DNA of 64,000 nucleotides from a virus (IMGVR_UViG_3300032315_001657:1-64000), one strand, 5' to 3'. Numbered from the stretch's first letter, positions 52,382 through 62,665 are shown. The notes: a model not told the origin generated them from the sequence alone. Translations and numbers: made by a program.

Positions 52382-54928
52382 GTGTATAGGAACGCATCAT
52401 ACAACCCTCGAGAAGGAACTGTCTTCTTACGGACATGGACTGAAGATGGAGATAGAATCGATACCGATGTCCCCTTCACTCCCTATCTCTTTACAGAGCA
52501 TAAGGACTCTAAAGACGCTACATCTATCTTCAAGACACCTCTTAAGAAGCATTATTTCAAAAATACCTTTGAACGTTCTAAGTTCGTTCAAGAAACTAAG
52601 AATCCGAGACTATTTGGTAATCTATCTGTAGACCAGCAATTCTTAGTTGATCAGTTTAAGGAAGATGTACATAAACCTGAATTTAGTCAATTCCCTCTTA
52701 AAGTATTCTTTATTGATATTGAGACCTACTCTCCAGGTGCCTTCCCTATACCGAAGTACGCTAAAGACCCAGTTAATCTTATAACAGTACTAGACACACT
52801 TAGCGGTAAAATACATACTTGGGGTCTAAGACAGGACTATAAACCTAAGCTTGACAATGTCACATATTATTGTTGTAAGACAGAAGGAGAGCTATTTGAG
52901 AGGTTTGTTAATTTCTGGAAAAAAGACCCTCCTGATATTTTAACAGGTTGGAATACTGAGCAGTTTGACATTCCCTATATTATTAACCGTGCTAAGAACT
53001 TACTTGGAGAAGACTTTATTAAACAGCTCTCTCCAGTAGGTCAGGTACATTATAGAGAGAACTTCGCTAAGTTTGGTAAAGAGATGGGTAGGTGGTATAT
53101 TTCTGGTGTTAGCTGTTTAGATTACATGGAAATTTACAAGACATATTCTAAGGGTGATAGAGAGTCTTTCTCTCTTAACTATATTTGTGAATACGAGCTT
53201 GGTGAAGGTAAACTTGCTATTAATGCTACAAACCTTTCTTCCCTATCTGAAACAGACTGGGAAAACTTTGTAGATTATAATATTCAAGACGTTGATCTAC
53301 TTCGTAAGTTAGAAGAGAAGCTAAACTACTTAAAAATTATTCGTTTGTTGTCTTATAAGGGGTGTACTAACTTCGAAAGAGCATTAGGAAAGGTATCTAT
53401 TGTAACTGGCGCTATGACTCTCCAGGCACAAAAGCAGGGATATGTTATACCTACCTTTAAAAACGAAACTACTAGGGAATCTTTAGAAGGGGGTTATGTA
53501 AGAGAGCCTGAAAGAGGTCTAAAGGAAGCTATTGTATCCTTTGACGTTAACTCTCTATACCCTAATACCATTATTACTCTTAATATTGGATCTGAGACTA
53601 AGCTTGGTAAAATTGTTACTGGAGACCCTGAGTACGATAAAGAGGTTGAAATTAAACTCGAGTCTGGTGGTATGTTTAAAGTAACTACTGCTAAACTGAA
53701 GAAGTTCTTGACTGATGAAAACGTGGCTCTATCAAAGGCTGGTGTTTTATATTCTCAAAAGTTTAAAGGGGTTTGTCCGAATCTAATTAATAGTATTTAC
53801 GATGAGCGAGTTTATGCTCGTAATGAAATGCTTAAACTAAAAAAGACAAAGCAGAAGGATAAAGATACCACTAGTAAGATTCAGTACTTTGATACCCTTC
53901 AATACACGTTAAAGATTCTTCTCAACTCCATCTACGGTACGTTTGCTAATAAGCACTCGGCCTTTATGGATATTGATAACGCTTCATCTATTACCCTAAC
54001 GGGTCAAGCAGTTGCTAAAGCGGGCGGAGCTATTATTAATGCTTGGGCTAAAGATAAGTTTGGAGTTACTGAGTCTCTTATCTTAGCAGGAGATACTGAC
54101 TCTCTATATACAACAATTCAACCTATTCTCAATAAACTTAAACTACCACTTGTTAAGGACGGCAATATTACAACCGAAGTCCATAAGATCGTAGATGCGA
54201 TGGAAAAGCATCTCAATACTGAGATTATTAACTGGGCTAAGGCTGATCTTAATTCTGCTGATCCTCGCTTTGTTTTTAAACGAGAAGCTATTGCTGATGT
54301 AGGTTCGTTCTTAATGAAGAAGCGTTATATTCTTCATATTTTGGATGAAGAAGGGGTTCCTACTAATAAGTTTAAATATGTAGGCGTTGAACTGGCTCGT
54401 TCAACAACCCCTAAGGAAGTTAAGGCCTTGATTAAGAAAACCATTGATACAGCGTTCTTAACCAAAGATGTTAAAAAGACTAACGAAGTCTTTCGAGAAG
54501 CTTACGATCACTTTAAAACTCTTGATATCTCTGAAGCGGCCTTTCGTAAAGCTGCTAAAGAGCTTGAGAAGTATTCTGCAGATGCCTCTTTACATAAATT
54601 TAATAAAGGCACACCCTGCCATGTTAAAGCTGCTTTGGCTTACAACTTTCTTCTCGAGAAAATGAATATACAGAAAAGATATGAGAAGATTACTTCCGGA
54701 CAAAAAATTAAGTTCTTCTATGCAATGAAAAACCCTTATGGTTTAGATGCCGTAGGGTTTAGTAGTGAGTATCCGAAGGAGTTTCACGAGATTAAGATTG
54801 ACTATGACAAGATGTTTGGTAAGATTGTTGTGCCACCTATTGAAGCAGTTTATGATGCAATTGGATGGAGGATACCTCAGATTGGTAAAGAGGTTCAAAC
54901 AGATTTATTTGATTTATTTGGAGACTAA
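52382..54928 (+). CDS. family B DNA polymerase (gp43-like), GTG start
   Basis: DIET, GWN...FD, YN.QD, SFDVNSLYP, K..LNS.YG, GDTDS, KKRY. Confidence 0.95.
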   Translation: MYRNASYNPREGTVFLRTWTEDGDRIDTDVPFTPYLFTEHKDSKDATSIFKTPLKKHYFKNTFERSKFVQETKNPRLFGNLSVDQQFLVDQFKEDVHKPEFSQFPLKVFFIDIETYSPGAFPIPKYAKDPVNLITVLDTLSGKIHTWGLRQDYKPKLDNVTYYCCKTEGELFERFVNFWKKDPPDILTGWNTEQFDIPYIINRAKNLLGEDFIKQLSPVGQVHYRENFAKFGKEMGRWYISGVSCLDYMEIYKTYSKGDRESFSLNYICEYELGEGKLAINATNLSSLSETDWENFVDYNIQDVDLLRKLEEKLNYLKIIRLLSYKGCTNFERALGKVSIVTGAMTLQAQKQGYVIPTFKNETTRESLEGGYVREPERGLKEAIVSFDVNSLYPNTIITLNIGSETKLGKIVTGDPEYDKEVEIKLESGGMFKVTTAKLKKFLTDENVALSKAGVLYSQKFKGVCPNLINSIYDERVYARNEMLKLKKTKQKDKDTTSKIQYFDTLQYTLKILLNSIYGTFANKHSAFMDIDNASSITLTGQAVAKAGGAIINAWAKDKFGVTESLILAGDTDSLYTTIQPILNKLKLPLVKDGNITTEVHKIVDAMEKHLNTEIINWAKADLNSADPRFVFKREAIADVGSFLMKKRYILHILDEEGVPTNKFKYVGVELARSTTPKEVKALIKKTIDTAFLTKDVKKTNEVFREAYDHFKTLDISEAAFRKAAKELEKYSADASLHKFNKGTPCHVKAALAYNFLLEKMNIQKRYEKITSGQKIKFFYAMKNPYGLDAVGFSSEYPKEFHEIKIDYDKMFGKIVVPPIEAVYDAIGWRIPQIGKEVQTDLFDLFGD

Positions 54929-54943
54929 TTTATACTTTTAACC

Positions 54944-55774
54944 ATGCTTATTTCACATGAAACGCCTGTCTCGTTGTTGCCTTATTCCTGGGGATACAAT
55001 GATTATGATTACTGCTTAGTACATTTGTTACCCGAGAATCAAAAGTACAAAGATTTCTACTTTAAGTCTGTAGAGTATGGACGTAGAGTTCTACTTGATA
55101 ATTCTATCTTTGAATTAGGTACATCCTTTGACCCTGAGCAATTTGCTTACTGGGTTAAAGAGCTTAAACCCTTTGAGTATGTTATACCTGATGTCTTAGA
55201 AGATACTGAAGGTACTTGTGTATCTATGGATAACTTCCTATCGAAGTATTCTGATCTCCCTGGTCGTAAGATTGGGGTGGTGCAGGGTAAAACTTATCAA
55301 GAACTTATCGATTGCTATGATTATATTGCACCAAAGGTAGACAAAGTAGCTATCTCGTTTGATTATTCTTATTATCTTGAGAATTGTGATTGGTCGCAAA
55401 TTAATGTACCTGGCTTTGTTAAGGGACAAGAAGAAAACAAATGGCTCAAATATGCCGTAGGAAGAGTTCAACTACTGGATAATCTTTATGATGATGATGT
55501 ACTTGATGTAAATAAACCTCACCATTTACTTGGTGCCTCTCTACCTTGGGAATTTGCTCTTTATTCTGAAAACTTCTTATCTGAGTATATTGAAACAATT
55601 GATACATCAAACCCGATTGTAGCAGGTATTTTAGGAAAGAAATATGAACCTGAGTTTGGTTTATCGGAAAAGTGGTCAGTAAAGCTTGTTGACTTTATTG
55701 ATGCTGAATTAACTGAGCAGCAAATTACTAATTCGTTTTGGAACATTACTCAATTTAAAAAGCTATGTCGATAA
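54944..55774 (+). CDS. tRNA-guanine-transglycosylase-fold protein (DpdA-like)
   Basis: LDNS.FE, PDV, VVQG, HLLG, IDTSNP follow the TGT/DpdA motif order; adjacent to queF. Confidence 0.65.
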   Translation: MLISHETPVSLLPYSWGYNDYDYCLVHLLPENQKYKDFYFKSVEYGRRVLLDNSIFELGTSFDPEQFAYWVKELKPFEYVIPDVLEDTEGTCVSMDNFLSKYSDLPGRKIGVVQGKTYQELIDCYDYIAPKVDKVAISFDYSYYLENCDWSQINVPGFVKGQEENKWLKYAVGRVQLLDNLYDDDVLDVNKPHHLLGASLPWEFALYSENFLSEYIETIDTSNPIVAGILGKKYEPEFGLSEKWSVKLVDFIDAELTEQQITNSFWNITQFKKLCR

Positions 55775-56313
55775 AAAAGCCCTGGGTTACTTTATTTTCT
55801 CAGACAGGTTCCGAAATTTACAAGATATCTAAAAAACTTGAACGAGTTCCTGATATTATTGTAACTAATAAACCAAAAGATAAAATTCTTGAAATTAACC
55901 CTAACCTATCTGAAGAGTATCTAGATAGGTTTGTATGGTTACCTAAAAAACCAACTGTAGAAGATTACAAACATGCTATTCCAGAAAGAGCTTTAGTGAC
56001 CCTTCACGGATGGTTAAGAATTATACCGCCTGAAGTATGTGGGCTGTTTGAGATTTATAATTTACACCCAGCGCCTATACATCTTGAAGGTTATGAAAAA
56101 TACAAAGGAAAAGATCCTCAAGTCAGAATCTTCGAAGATAAAGCAAAGTATTCTGGAAACGTAATTCATGAATGTATCCCGGAATTAGATGCCGGAAAAA
56201 TATTAGCTAAAAATCAGTTTGATGTATCTGGCTTTGATTTAGATATGGTGTTTAAATTAACTCATGCAAAAGCTTCTGAACTTTGGAGTAGCTTTTTAAA
56301 GGATAGAGTTTAA
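55765..56313 (+). CDS. PurN-like formyltransferase (DpdN-like)
   Basis: FSQTGSE, LHGWLRII, YNLHP, G.VIH....LDAG.I. Confidence 0.75.
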   Translation: MSIKKPWVTLFSQTGSEIYKISKKLERVPDIIVTNKPKDKILEINPNLSEEYLDRFVWLPKKPTVEDYKHAIPERALVTLHGWLRIIPPEVCGLFEIYNLHPAPIHLEGYEKYKGKDPQVRIFEDKAKYSGNVIHECIPELDAGKILAKNQFDVSGFDLDMVFKLTHAKASELWSSFLKDRV

Positions 56314-56325
56314 TATTAAGAAGTC

Positions 56326-56871
56326 ATGAGAGTTTCATTCACAGGTGCTCAGAGTACTGGTAAGACTACTTTACTCAACAAGTGTAAAGAAGTATACAAA
56401 GACTATAAATTTGTTGATGAGGTAACACGTTATGTTCGTAAGACGTATGATGTTAAGATTAATGAGATTGGTGGAACTGAAACTCAACTGTATATTTTAG
56501 CAGAACATATTAAGAATCATTTAAAGCCAGATGAAAATTTGATACTTGATCGTTGTATATTAGATGGCTATGTTTATACAAAATATCAGGTAGAGAATAG
56601 AAAAGTTTCAGAACAAGTCTTACAGGCTTTTAATGGAGTATTTGCTGTTTTAATTGATAAGTTGGATTATATTTTTTATACTGATCCATCTGATGTAAAA
56701 TTAGTTGATGATGGTGAACGTTCAGTGGATTATAATTTTAGATGCGATATAATTGATATATTTGAAGATCTTATTTCGTATAAGATGTCTCCGAAGAATA
56801 GAGAGAAAGTAGTTCGTCTCAGCGGTACTGTAGAAGAAAGAATGAAAACTATAGAAAAATATTTAAAATAA
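56326..56871 (+). CDS. P-loop nucleotide kinase (AAA_28-like)
   Basis: GAQSTGKTT, LDRC..D..VY, DDG.R. Confidence 0.75.
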   Translation: MRVSFTGAQSTGKTTLLNKCKEVYKDYKFVDEVTRYVRKTYDVKINEIGGTETQLYILAEHIKNHLKPDENLILDRCILDGYVYTKYQVENRKVSEQVLQAFNGVFAVLIDKLDYIFYTDPSDVKLVDDGERSVDYNFRCDIIDIFEDLISYKMSPKNREKVVRLSGTVEERMKTIEKYLK

Positions 56872-57815
56872 TGAATACAAACCTAAATGATATTGCCTCT
56901 AAGACCTTAGGGTCTTCAGCCTCATACGCCATCTATACAGACCGTTATGATGCTTCACTTCTTAACCCAATGCCTCGAAAGCTAGCTCGCGAAGGATGGG
57001 GTATTAAAGGAGATGAATTTGTAGGCTGGGATACATGGCACTGTCATGAAGCAACCTTTCTTCTTGATAATGGTGCACCAGTTGCTGGAACATTAAAGTA
57101 TGTTTACTCTTCTGATTCAAAGTATATGGTAGAATCTAAGTCTGCTAAACTATATCTTAATACTTTTGATATGTGTAAGATGGGCCAAACTATAGATACA
57201 GCAATTCAAAATTACGAACTACAAGTTAAAGCAGATTTAGAAAAAGTTTTAGAAACAGAAGTATCTGTTAAATTCTTTAAGTCGGGTGAAGACTCCCAAG
57301 GCATCTTCCCTATGTCAGGGTATATTGACCTTCAAGGGTTCTTAGATAAGAGTTTAGAAGATTTAGAAATTACAGACTACAGTGCTGAACGTAATCATTT
57401 AGAGTTTGAAAAAGTAAATTTTGCAGGTATTGGTTATAGTGCAAAAGATAATAAAAAGATTTATGTTAATAAGTTCTTTACAAATGCTTTAAGATCTCGC
57501 TGCAGACACACTAAACAAAAAGATACGGGTACAGCTTTTATCTCTGTTAATACTCTCGATTGCACACTTATTCCGTCGTCTCTATTTAAACAGATTGTAT
57601 CCTTAAGAGAGATTAATGAATTCCATGAGTTCTGTGCTGAAAAACTTTATACAGAAATTATGAAATACCCTGAGGTTGAGTCCTGTTGTGTAACGTTACT
57701 TTACGCACGTAGAGGCTCTCTTGATATTAATCCTTGCAGGGCAACTACTCTTAATATGCTACCACCAGTACTTATCAATCCGAAATACTATACTAATAAG
57801 GCAATGGGACAGTAG
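56871..57815 (+). CDS. queF: preQ0 reductase, bimodular type
   Basis: VESKS.KLYLN, LRSRC..T.Q.D, EFHE.C.E, YARRG.LDINP.R. Confidence 0.88.
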   Translation: MNTNLNDIASKTLGSSASYAIYTDRYDASLLNPMPRKLAREGWGIKGDEFVGWDTWHCHEATFLLDNGAPVAGTLKYVYSSDSKYMVESKSAKLYLNTFDMCKMGQTIDTAIQNYELQVKADLEKVLETEVSVKFFKSGEDSQGIFPMSGYIDLQGFLDKSLEDLEITDYSAERNHLEFEKVNFAGIGYSAKDNKKIYVNKFFTNALRSRCRHTKQKDTGTAFISVNTLDCTLIPSSLFKQIVSLREINEFHEFCAEKLYTEIMKYPEVESCCVTLLYARRGSLDINPCRATTLNMLPPVLINPKYYTNKAMGQ

Positions 57816-57847
57816 ATTTTTGAATTCGTTTTGATTTAATATAATTT

Positions 57848-58222
57848 ATGAGTAATACAGAAAACAAAATTGTGGTGTTCTTCGATTCCGTCGGTAGAAC
57901 AATCCTTGGTGAAAGACTAGAAGACAAGACAACAAACGAGGTTCTCACTATTAAGAACCCTGCTGTTGTTCATATTATGCCTAACCAACAAAGCGGGCAA
58001 TTGCAGCTTCAAATTCTTCCTTTATTCTTTAAAGAGTTTTTAGCTGATAAAGATACTGGTACGGTTTGGAATTACAGCCGAGCTAATATTACTGAAGCTG
58101 TGGATGTAACATTTGATTTCAAACTAGAAGCACAATACCGTCAGATCTTTGCAGCAGGTCCAGCACCAGCTCCTCAACAACCACAAGGCTCACCTGAAGT
58201 AATAAAGTTGTTTGATGATTGA
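57848..58222 (+). CDS. hypothetical protein
   Basis: D.VGRTI.G, NP; ends VIKLFDD. Confidence 0.65.
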   Translation: MSNTENKIVVFFDSVGRTILGERLEDKTTNEVLTIKNPAVVHIMPNQQSGQLQLQILPLFFKEFLADKDTGTVWNYSRANITEAVDVTFDFKLEAQYRQIFAAGPAPAPQQPQGSPEVIKLFDD

Positions 58223-58260
58223 TAGGTTGCATTACCGTAAGGTTCCTGCACAATAGATAT

Positions 58261-59367
58261 ATGGCAAAAAAGACAAATACCTTAGACGGTCTCAAAGACA
58301 TTTTTAAGTCTGTTGACGATTTAAACCCTGATGCAGCTATTTTAGAAGCATCTACTCTTTCAACAGCAGATGAGTGGATTGATACTGGTTCATATGCTTT
58401 AAATGCTATTATTTCAGGCTCTATGTATAAAGGTATACCTGTAGGTAGAATCTCAGGATTTTCAGGTCCGTCAATGGCCGGTAAGACTCTTATTATGAAT
58501 AAGATTATGGCTAATGCTCAAAAAGAAGGCTTTATTGCTGTGATTTGGGATTCTGAAGTAGCAGTAGATAAAAAAGGAGCTGAGGCTATTGGTATGGATG
58601 CATCTCGTACTAAGTACTACCCTGTTGAGACGATTGAAGATTGTCGTAACCAAATTTGTGCATTTCTAGATAACGTTATTAAGGCTGATAACCCCGAGCT
58701 TAAATTTATCATATCAATCGATTCTTTAGGTAACCTAGCTTCTGCAAAAGAAATTAGAGATACCGCTTCTAACAAAGATGCTTCTGATGTCGGACAAAGA
58801 GCTAAGGCTATTAAGTCTATGATGCGGGTTCTTACATATAAGGCTGCTAAGGCTCGGGTACCCATCCTTTTCTCCAACCACGTCTATGATTCAATGGAGA
58901 TGTTTCCTACTCTGGTAAAAACCCAATCAGGAGGCAAAGGACCAATTTATCTTGCCTCTGTATTAGTACAGCTTAGTACTAAGAATGAAAAGGTGTCTGA
59001 TAACCCAAATGAGAATTCAGTAGCTATTGCCCATAATATCTCGGGAGTTACATTGGGTGCACTAACGATTAAAAACCGTTTTGTACCTAACTATCTTAAA
59101 ACTGAATTGTATCTTAATTTTAAAACTGGTCTAGATAAACATACCGGTCTTTTTGAAATCGCAGAGGCTTTTCAAGTTATTGAAAAACCAGGCCGTACTG
59201 TTATGTTCAATGGGGAGTCTTTAGGTTACCGTAAAGATCTTGAAAAGAATCCAGAGTTCTGGGCTAAAGTTATGCCTAAACTCGAAGAGGTTCTTCAAGA
59301 AAAACTTTGCTATGGCGGCGGTGATACATCAGTTGATATTAAAGAAGAAGTCGATAATATTGATTAA
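58261..59367 (+). CDS. uvsX: RecA-like recombinase UvsX
   Basis: IDTGSYALN.IISG, GPSMAGKT, DSE, IDSLG; start moved to the ATG behind a promoter. Confidence 0.9.
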   Translation: MAKKTNTLDGLKDIFKSVDDLNPDAAILEASTLSTADEWIDTGSYALNAIISGSMYKGIPVGRISGFSGPSMAGKTLIMNKIMANAQKEGFIAVIWDSEVAVDKKGAEAIGMDASRTKYYPVETIEDCRNQICAFLDNVIKADNPELKFIISIDSLGNLASAKEIRDTASNKDASDVGQRAKAIKSMMRVLTYKAAKARVPILFSNHVYDSMEMFPTLVKTQSGGKGPIYLASVLVQLSTKNEKVSDNPNENSVAIAHNISGVTLGALTIKNRFVPNYLKTELYLNFKTGLDKHTGLFEIAEAFQVIEKPGRTVMFNGESLGYRKDLEKNPEFWAKVMPKLEEVLQEKLCYGGGDTSVDIKEEVDNID

Positions 59368-60716
59368 TGTCTTCGAAACTTGATCTCGACTATTACGAGA
59401 ATATCATACTCTTTAACTCTCTCCTGAGTCAAGAGTACCTTTCCTCAATAATAGAGCATACCGATCCTGAATACTTTAGTGATCGAATCGTTAAGACAAT
59501 ATTCAAAGCTATTGTATCTTACTTTAATGAGAGAGGTCAATGCCCTACAGCTACTGAACTTAAATCTCGCTTAACAACTGAAGAAGAGAAAAAAGCCTTT
59601 AATGAAGTAGCTTCTAAGTTTAAAGAGTTTGATACTAACTTTAATAAAGAAGAGTTACTAAACAATACAGAGCGCTTTCTTAAAGAACGCTGTTTATATA
59701 AGACGATTGTTGAAACAGCTGAGAAGTATGCTCAGGGTAAAGCTGATCCTGCTGAGACGCTTAGAGACTTCGAAAAGGCTTACAATATTAATTTAGCAGA
59801 AGATATCGGTTCTTGGTATTTCGAAGATATTGATGAACATATTAAAGAACTTACCAAGATTTATAATCCTATACCTACAGGGTGGAAGTTTTTAGATGAA
59901 AGACTTGAAGGTGGGTTGTTCGCTAAAACATTAACTTGTTTAGTTGGTCAGGTCAATGTAGGTAAGAGTATATTTTTAGGTAACTTAGCTGCTAATATGG
60001 TAATGAGGGGTAAGAACACCCTTTTAATATCGCTTGAAATGTCTGAGTTTATGTATGCTAAGAGAGTAAGTACTCAGCTAACTCAAATACCTCATAGTGA
60101 TTTAAAAGTCTATACTGACGAACTCAAACAACAGATCGGGCACTTACATAAGCAACTTGATTCAAAGCTTATTATTAAAGAGTATGCACCAAAGACTGTA
60201 ACAGTTCGTCATATTGATGGTTATATCGGGAAGTTAAAACATAAAGGGTTTGTACCTGAAGTTGTTGTTATTGATTATATCAATCTTCTTAAACCTACTT
60301 CTAAAAATTTAAACTCATATGCTGAAATTAAAGAGATAGCCGAACAGCTTAGAGCTCTTTCCTTTAAGCATAGCATACCCTTTGTAACTGCATCTCAGTT
60401 AAATAGGGGTGCATTTAATACAGTATCCCCTGGCATGGAAGGCATTTCAGAAAGTATTGGGCTGGCTGCTACATGTGACGTTATTTGTTCTCTTTGGCAG
60501 GAAGCTGAAGATAAAGAATTAGGACTCATTCACCTCGGTATGCAGAAGAATCGCTTTGGTGTTAATTACGGTCACTGTACCTTTAAGGTCAAATATGAAA
60601 CGTTAACTCTTACAGAAGTTAACCCGGATCACTTTGCACAGGAAAATACCCAGCAGGCGGTACAAGAGGCTGAAAATACTTTAACAAAGTTAACAGAAGA
60701 AAAAAGCACACCTTAA
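59367..60716 (+). CDS. replicative DnaB-like helicase (gp41)
   Basis: PTGW..LD..L.GG, GQVNVGKS, SLEM, IDY, TASQLNR, SES, KNRFG. Confidence 0.92.
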   Translation: MSSKLDLDYYENIILFNSLLSQEYLSSIIEHTDPEYFSDRIVKTIFKAIVSYFNERGQCPTATELKSRLTTEEEKKAFNEVASKFKEFDTNFNKEELLNNTERFLKERCLYKTIVETAEKYAQGKADPAETLRDFEKAYNINLAEDIGSWYFEDIDEHIKELTKIYNPIPTGWKFLDERLEGGLFAKTLTCLVGQVNVGKSIFLGNLAANMVMRGKNTLLISLEMSEFMYAKRVSTQLTQIPHSDLKVYTDELKQQIGHLHKQLDSKLIIKEYAPKTVTVRHIDGYIGKLKHKGFVPEVVVIDYINLLKPTSKNLNSYAEIKEIAEQLRALSFKHSIPFVTASQLNRGAFNTVSPGMEGISESIGLAATCDVICSLWQEAEDKELGLIHLGMQKNRFGVNYGHCTFKVKYETLTLTEVNPDHFAQENTQQAVQEAENTLTKLTEEKSTP

Positions 60717-60757
60717 CTTGATTAATAGCATTTTATGTAGTAAATACTCTACATCAG

Positions 60758-61066
60758 ATGTTTAACGAAAAAGTCCTTAATGACTTTAACTCCAGAACTA
60801 ACCCTTTAAGTCAAATTTGTACCAAAGAGTATATTCTCGGGGTATTTAAATTCGGCTCTTACCTTTCTATTATTCATAATAAAAGACTTAACCCATCTGC
60901 AATTTTTGTATGTGTTTTAGAAAACAGAGAAATAAGAGATATGTTTGTGGAAATTACACATTCAGACTCTGTACACGAAGCTTTACTTGGCCTGTTGCAA
61001 TTATACCCCCCGCTATTAAAATCGAAGAACACCAAACGGTTGTTTAAGAAATCAATAGCAAAATGA
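60758..61066 (+). CDS. hypothetical protein
   Basis: 102-aa ORF in the replication cluster. Confidence 0.6.
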   Translation: MFNEKVLNDFNSRTNPLSQICTKEYILGVFKFGSYLSIIHNKRLNPSAIFVCVLENREIRDMFVEITHSDSVHEALLGLLQLYPPLLKSKNTKRLFKKSIAK

Positions 61067-61731
61067 CGAACCTAGAACAGCGTATATTCAATAAACACTT
61101 AGCCGTATCTCGTTCCCTTCGTAATAAACCTTTCAAGCTTCGTCAGAACTTTGATAACTTCGAACAAGATCCGAAATATATTCATATAAAAAGACTTTCA
61201 ATATTCTTTTCAAAGTATCCAGATGTTAATATGGATACCTATTTTTTATCTCCCTATAAACTTTATCCTGATGTTCAGTATTTTGATTTAGCTTACTTTG
61301 CTTCACCTAGAGCAATAAAGTCATATACAATTTATAAACAACAATTATTTCAAGAATCTCCAGATGCTCAAAAAGATGATGTGAAAGAGTCTCTACAATT
61401 TTTAGTTCGTTATTGCTTACAGAATAAAATACAACTCCACGATTATATCTATCATAAAGATAAAAGCATTGAACCTATCTGGACCTATCATATTAAGCAT
61501 AACAAAATTAACCCTTATGTTTTAATGGAGTTTCCTAATATATTTCATACAATACAGGAAATGCCTAAAGATGAGAGAGAGTTCCTTTTAGGACGTTTCG
61601 GAACTAACTTTCTTGATTACCGGACAAAGTATATGAATTCTAAAGAACTCAGGCCGTTTTTGGAAAAAGCTTTTTTCCGTCTAAAACTTTTTGTAGATAA
61701 AAACTTGAACTCTGCAAAATACAATACATAA
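61063..61731 (+). CDS. hypothetical protein (between helicase and SSB)
   Basis: 222-aa ORF with ATGA overlap; no motif recognised with confidence. Confidence 0.65.
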   Translation: MTNLEQRIFNKHLAVSRSLRNKPFKLRQNFDNFEQDPKYIHIKRLSIFFSKYPDVNMDTYFLSPYKLYPDVQYFDLAYFASPRAIKSYTIYKQQLFQESPDAQKDDVKESLQFLVRYCLQNKIQLHDYIYHKDKSIEPIWTYHIKHNKINPYVLMEFPNIFHTIQEMPKDEREFLLGRFGTNFLDYRTKYMNSKELRPFLEKAFFRLKLFVDKNLNSAKYNT

Positions 61732-61741
61732 TATATCAACT

Positions 61742-62662
61742 ATGACATTCACAAAAAATATGTTTAACGAAATTAAGGCCTCCTTGTCTGATAAAAAAGA
61801 TAGCTCATATAAGGATATCATGAAATTTGAACCCGGGAAGACTTACGTTGTTCGTCTTGTCCCTAACGTAACTGATCCTAAGACTACAATGTATCATTAC
61901 TATCACCATTCCTGGAATAGTCTTTGTACTGGTCAGTTCGTTACTACCCTTTGTCCTTCTACTTACGGAGAGCAATGCCCGATCGATCAATACGTTCTTA
62001 AGACCTACAATACCGGGTCTGCTGAAGATAAAGAAAAAATTAAACCGATCACACGTAAAGAGAATTGGTTTGTTAATGCCTATATTATCTCTGATCCTAC
62101 TAATGCTGAAAACGAAGGTAAAGTTAAGGCTATTCGCTACGGTAAAGAGTTAGCTAAGGTTATCAACGCAGCTATTGACGGAGATGATGCTGATGAGTTT
62201 GGTGTTAAGATCTTTGATGTTGCTGAAGGCTGTTCCCTCAAGATTAAATGCGAGTCTCGTACCGGCATGGGTGGCTCTAGAGCCTTTGTTACATACTCGG
62301 CTTCAAAGTTTACTTCGCCCTCTAAGCTTGAAGGTGTAGATGCTAAGAAGATTGATGGCATCTATGAGTCTGTTCTTGAGCTTGATAAGTTCAATAAGCC
62401 GAAAACCTATGCTGAACTTCAGCGTATGCTTGATCAGCACTTCTTTTGTATTCAGGATGTTACCTCTGTGGAAGAAGATGATGAACCCGTCTCTAAACCT
62501 ACCCCTTCAAAGAAGGATGAAGCATTAAACTCCATCTTTGCAGGTATTAAAGAGGCTACTTCAACTATTGAGCCATCTGTTTCTAAAGTCGAAGTATCTG
62601 AAGAAAAGCCGGCTGTTGATGATACTGATGCTAAACTCAAAGAACTTCTCGCAAGTCTTTAA
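61742..62662 (+). CDS. single-stranded DNA-binding protein (gp32-like)
   Basis: VRL.P, H.W, C....GE.CPI, N.Y.I.DP...ENEGKV, acidic tail. Confidence 0.85.
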   Translation: MTFTKNMFNEIKASLSDKKDSSYKDIMKFEPGKTYVVRLVPNVTDPKTTMYHYYHHSWNSLCTGQFVTTLCPSTYGEQCPIDQYVLKTYNTGSAEDKEKIKPITRKENWFVNAYIISDPTNAENEGKVKAIRYGKELAKVINAAIDGDDADEFGVKIFDVAEGCSLKIKCESRTGMGGSRAFVTYSASKFTSPSKLEGVDAKKIDGIYESVLELDKFNKPKTYAELQRMLDQHFFCIQDVTSVEEDDEPVSKPTPSKKDEALNSIFAGIKEATSTIEPSVSKVEVSEEKPAVDDTDAKLKELLASL

Positions 62663-62665
62663 TTT

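Noticed and set aside
52382-54928. Intein/intron in the polymerase, or unusual AGDTDS motif C
   Set aside because: The ORF is continuous and of normal length; AGDTDS also occurs in T4 gp43.
5648-62640. Short shadow ORFs inside long genes (e.g. 5648, 6234, 6708, 6763, 12415, 22374, 24071, 25359, 30245, 35189, 41728, 44275, 55238, 58617, 62137)
   Set aside because: Alternate-frame or antisense to well-supported genes, with no motifs or start signals.
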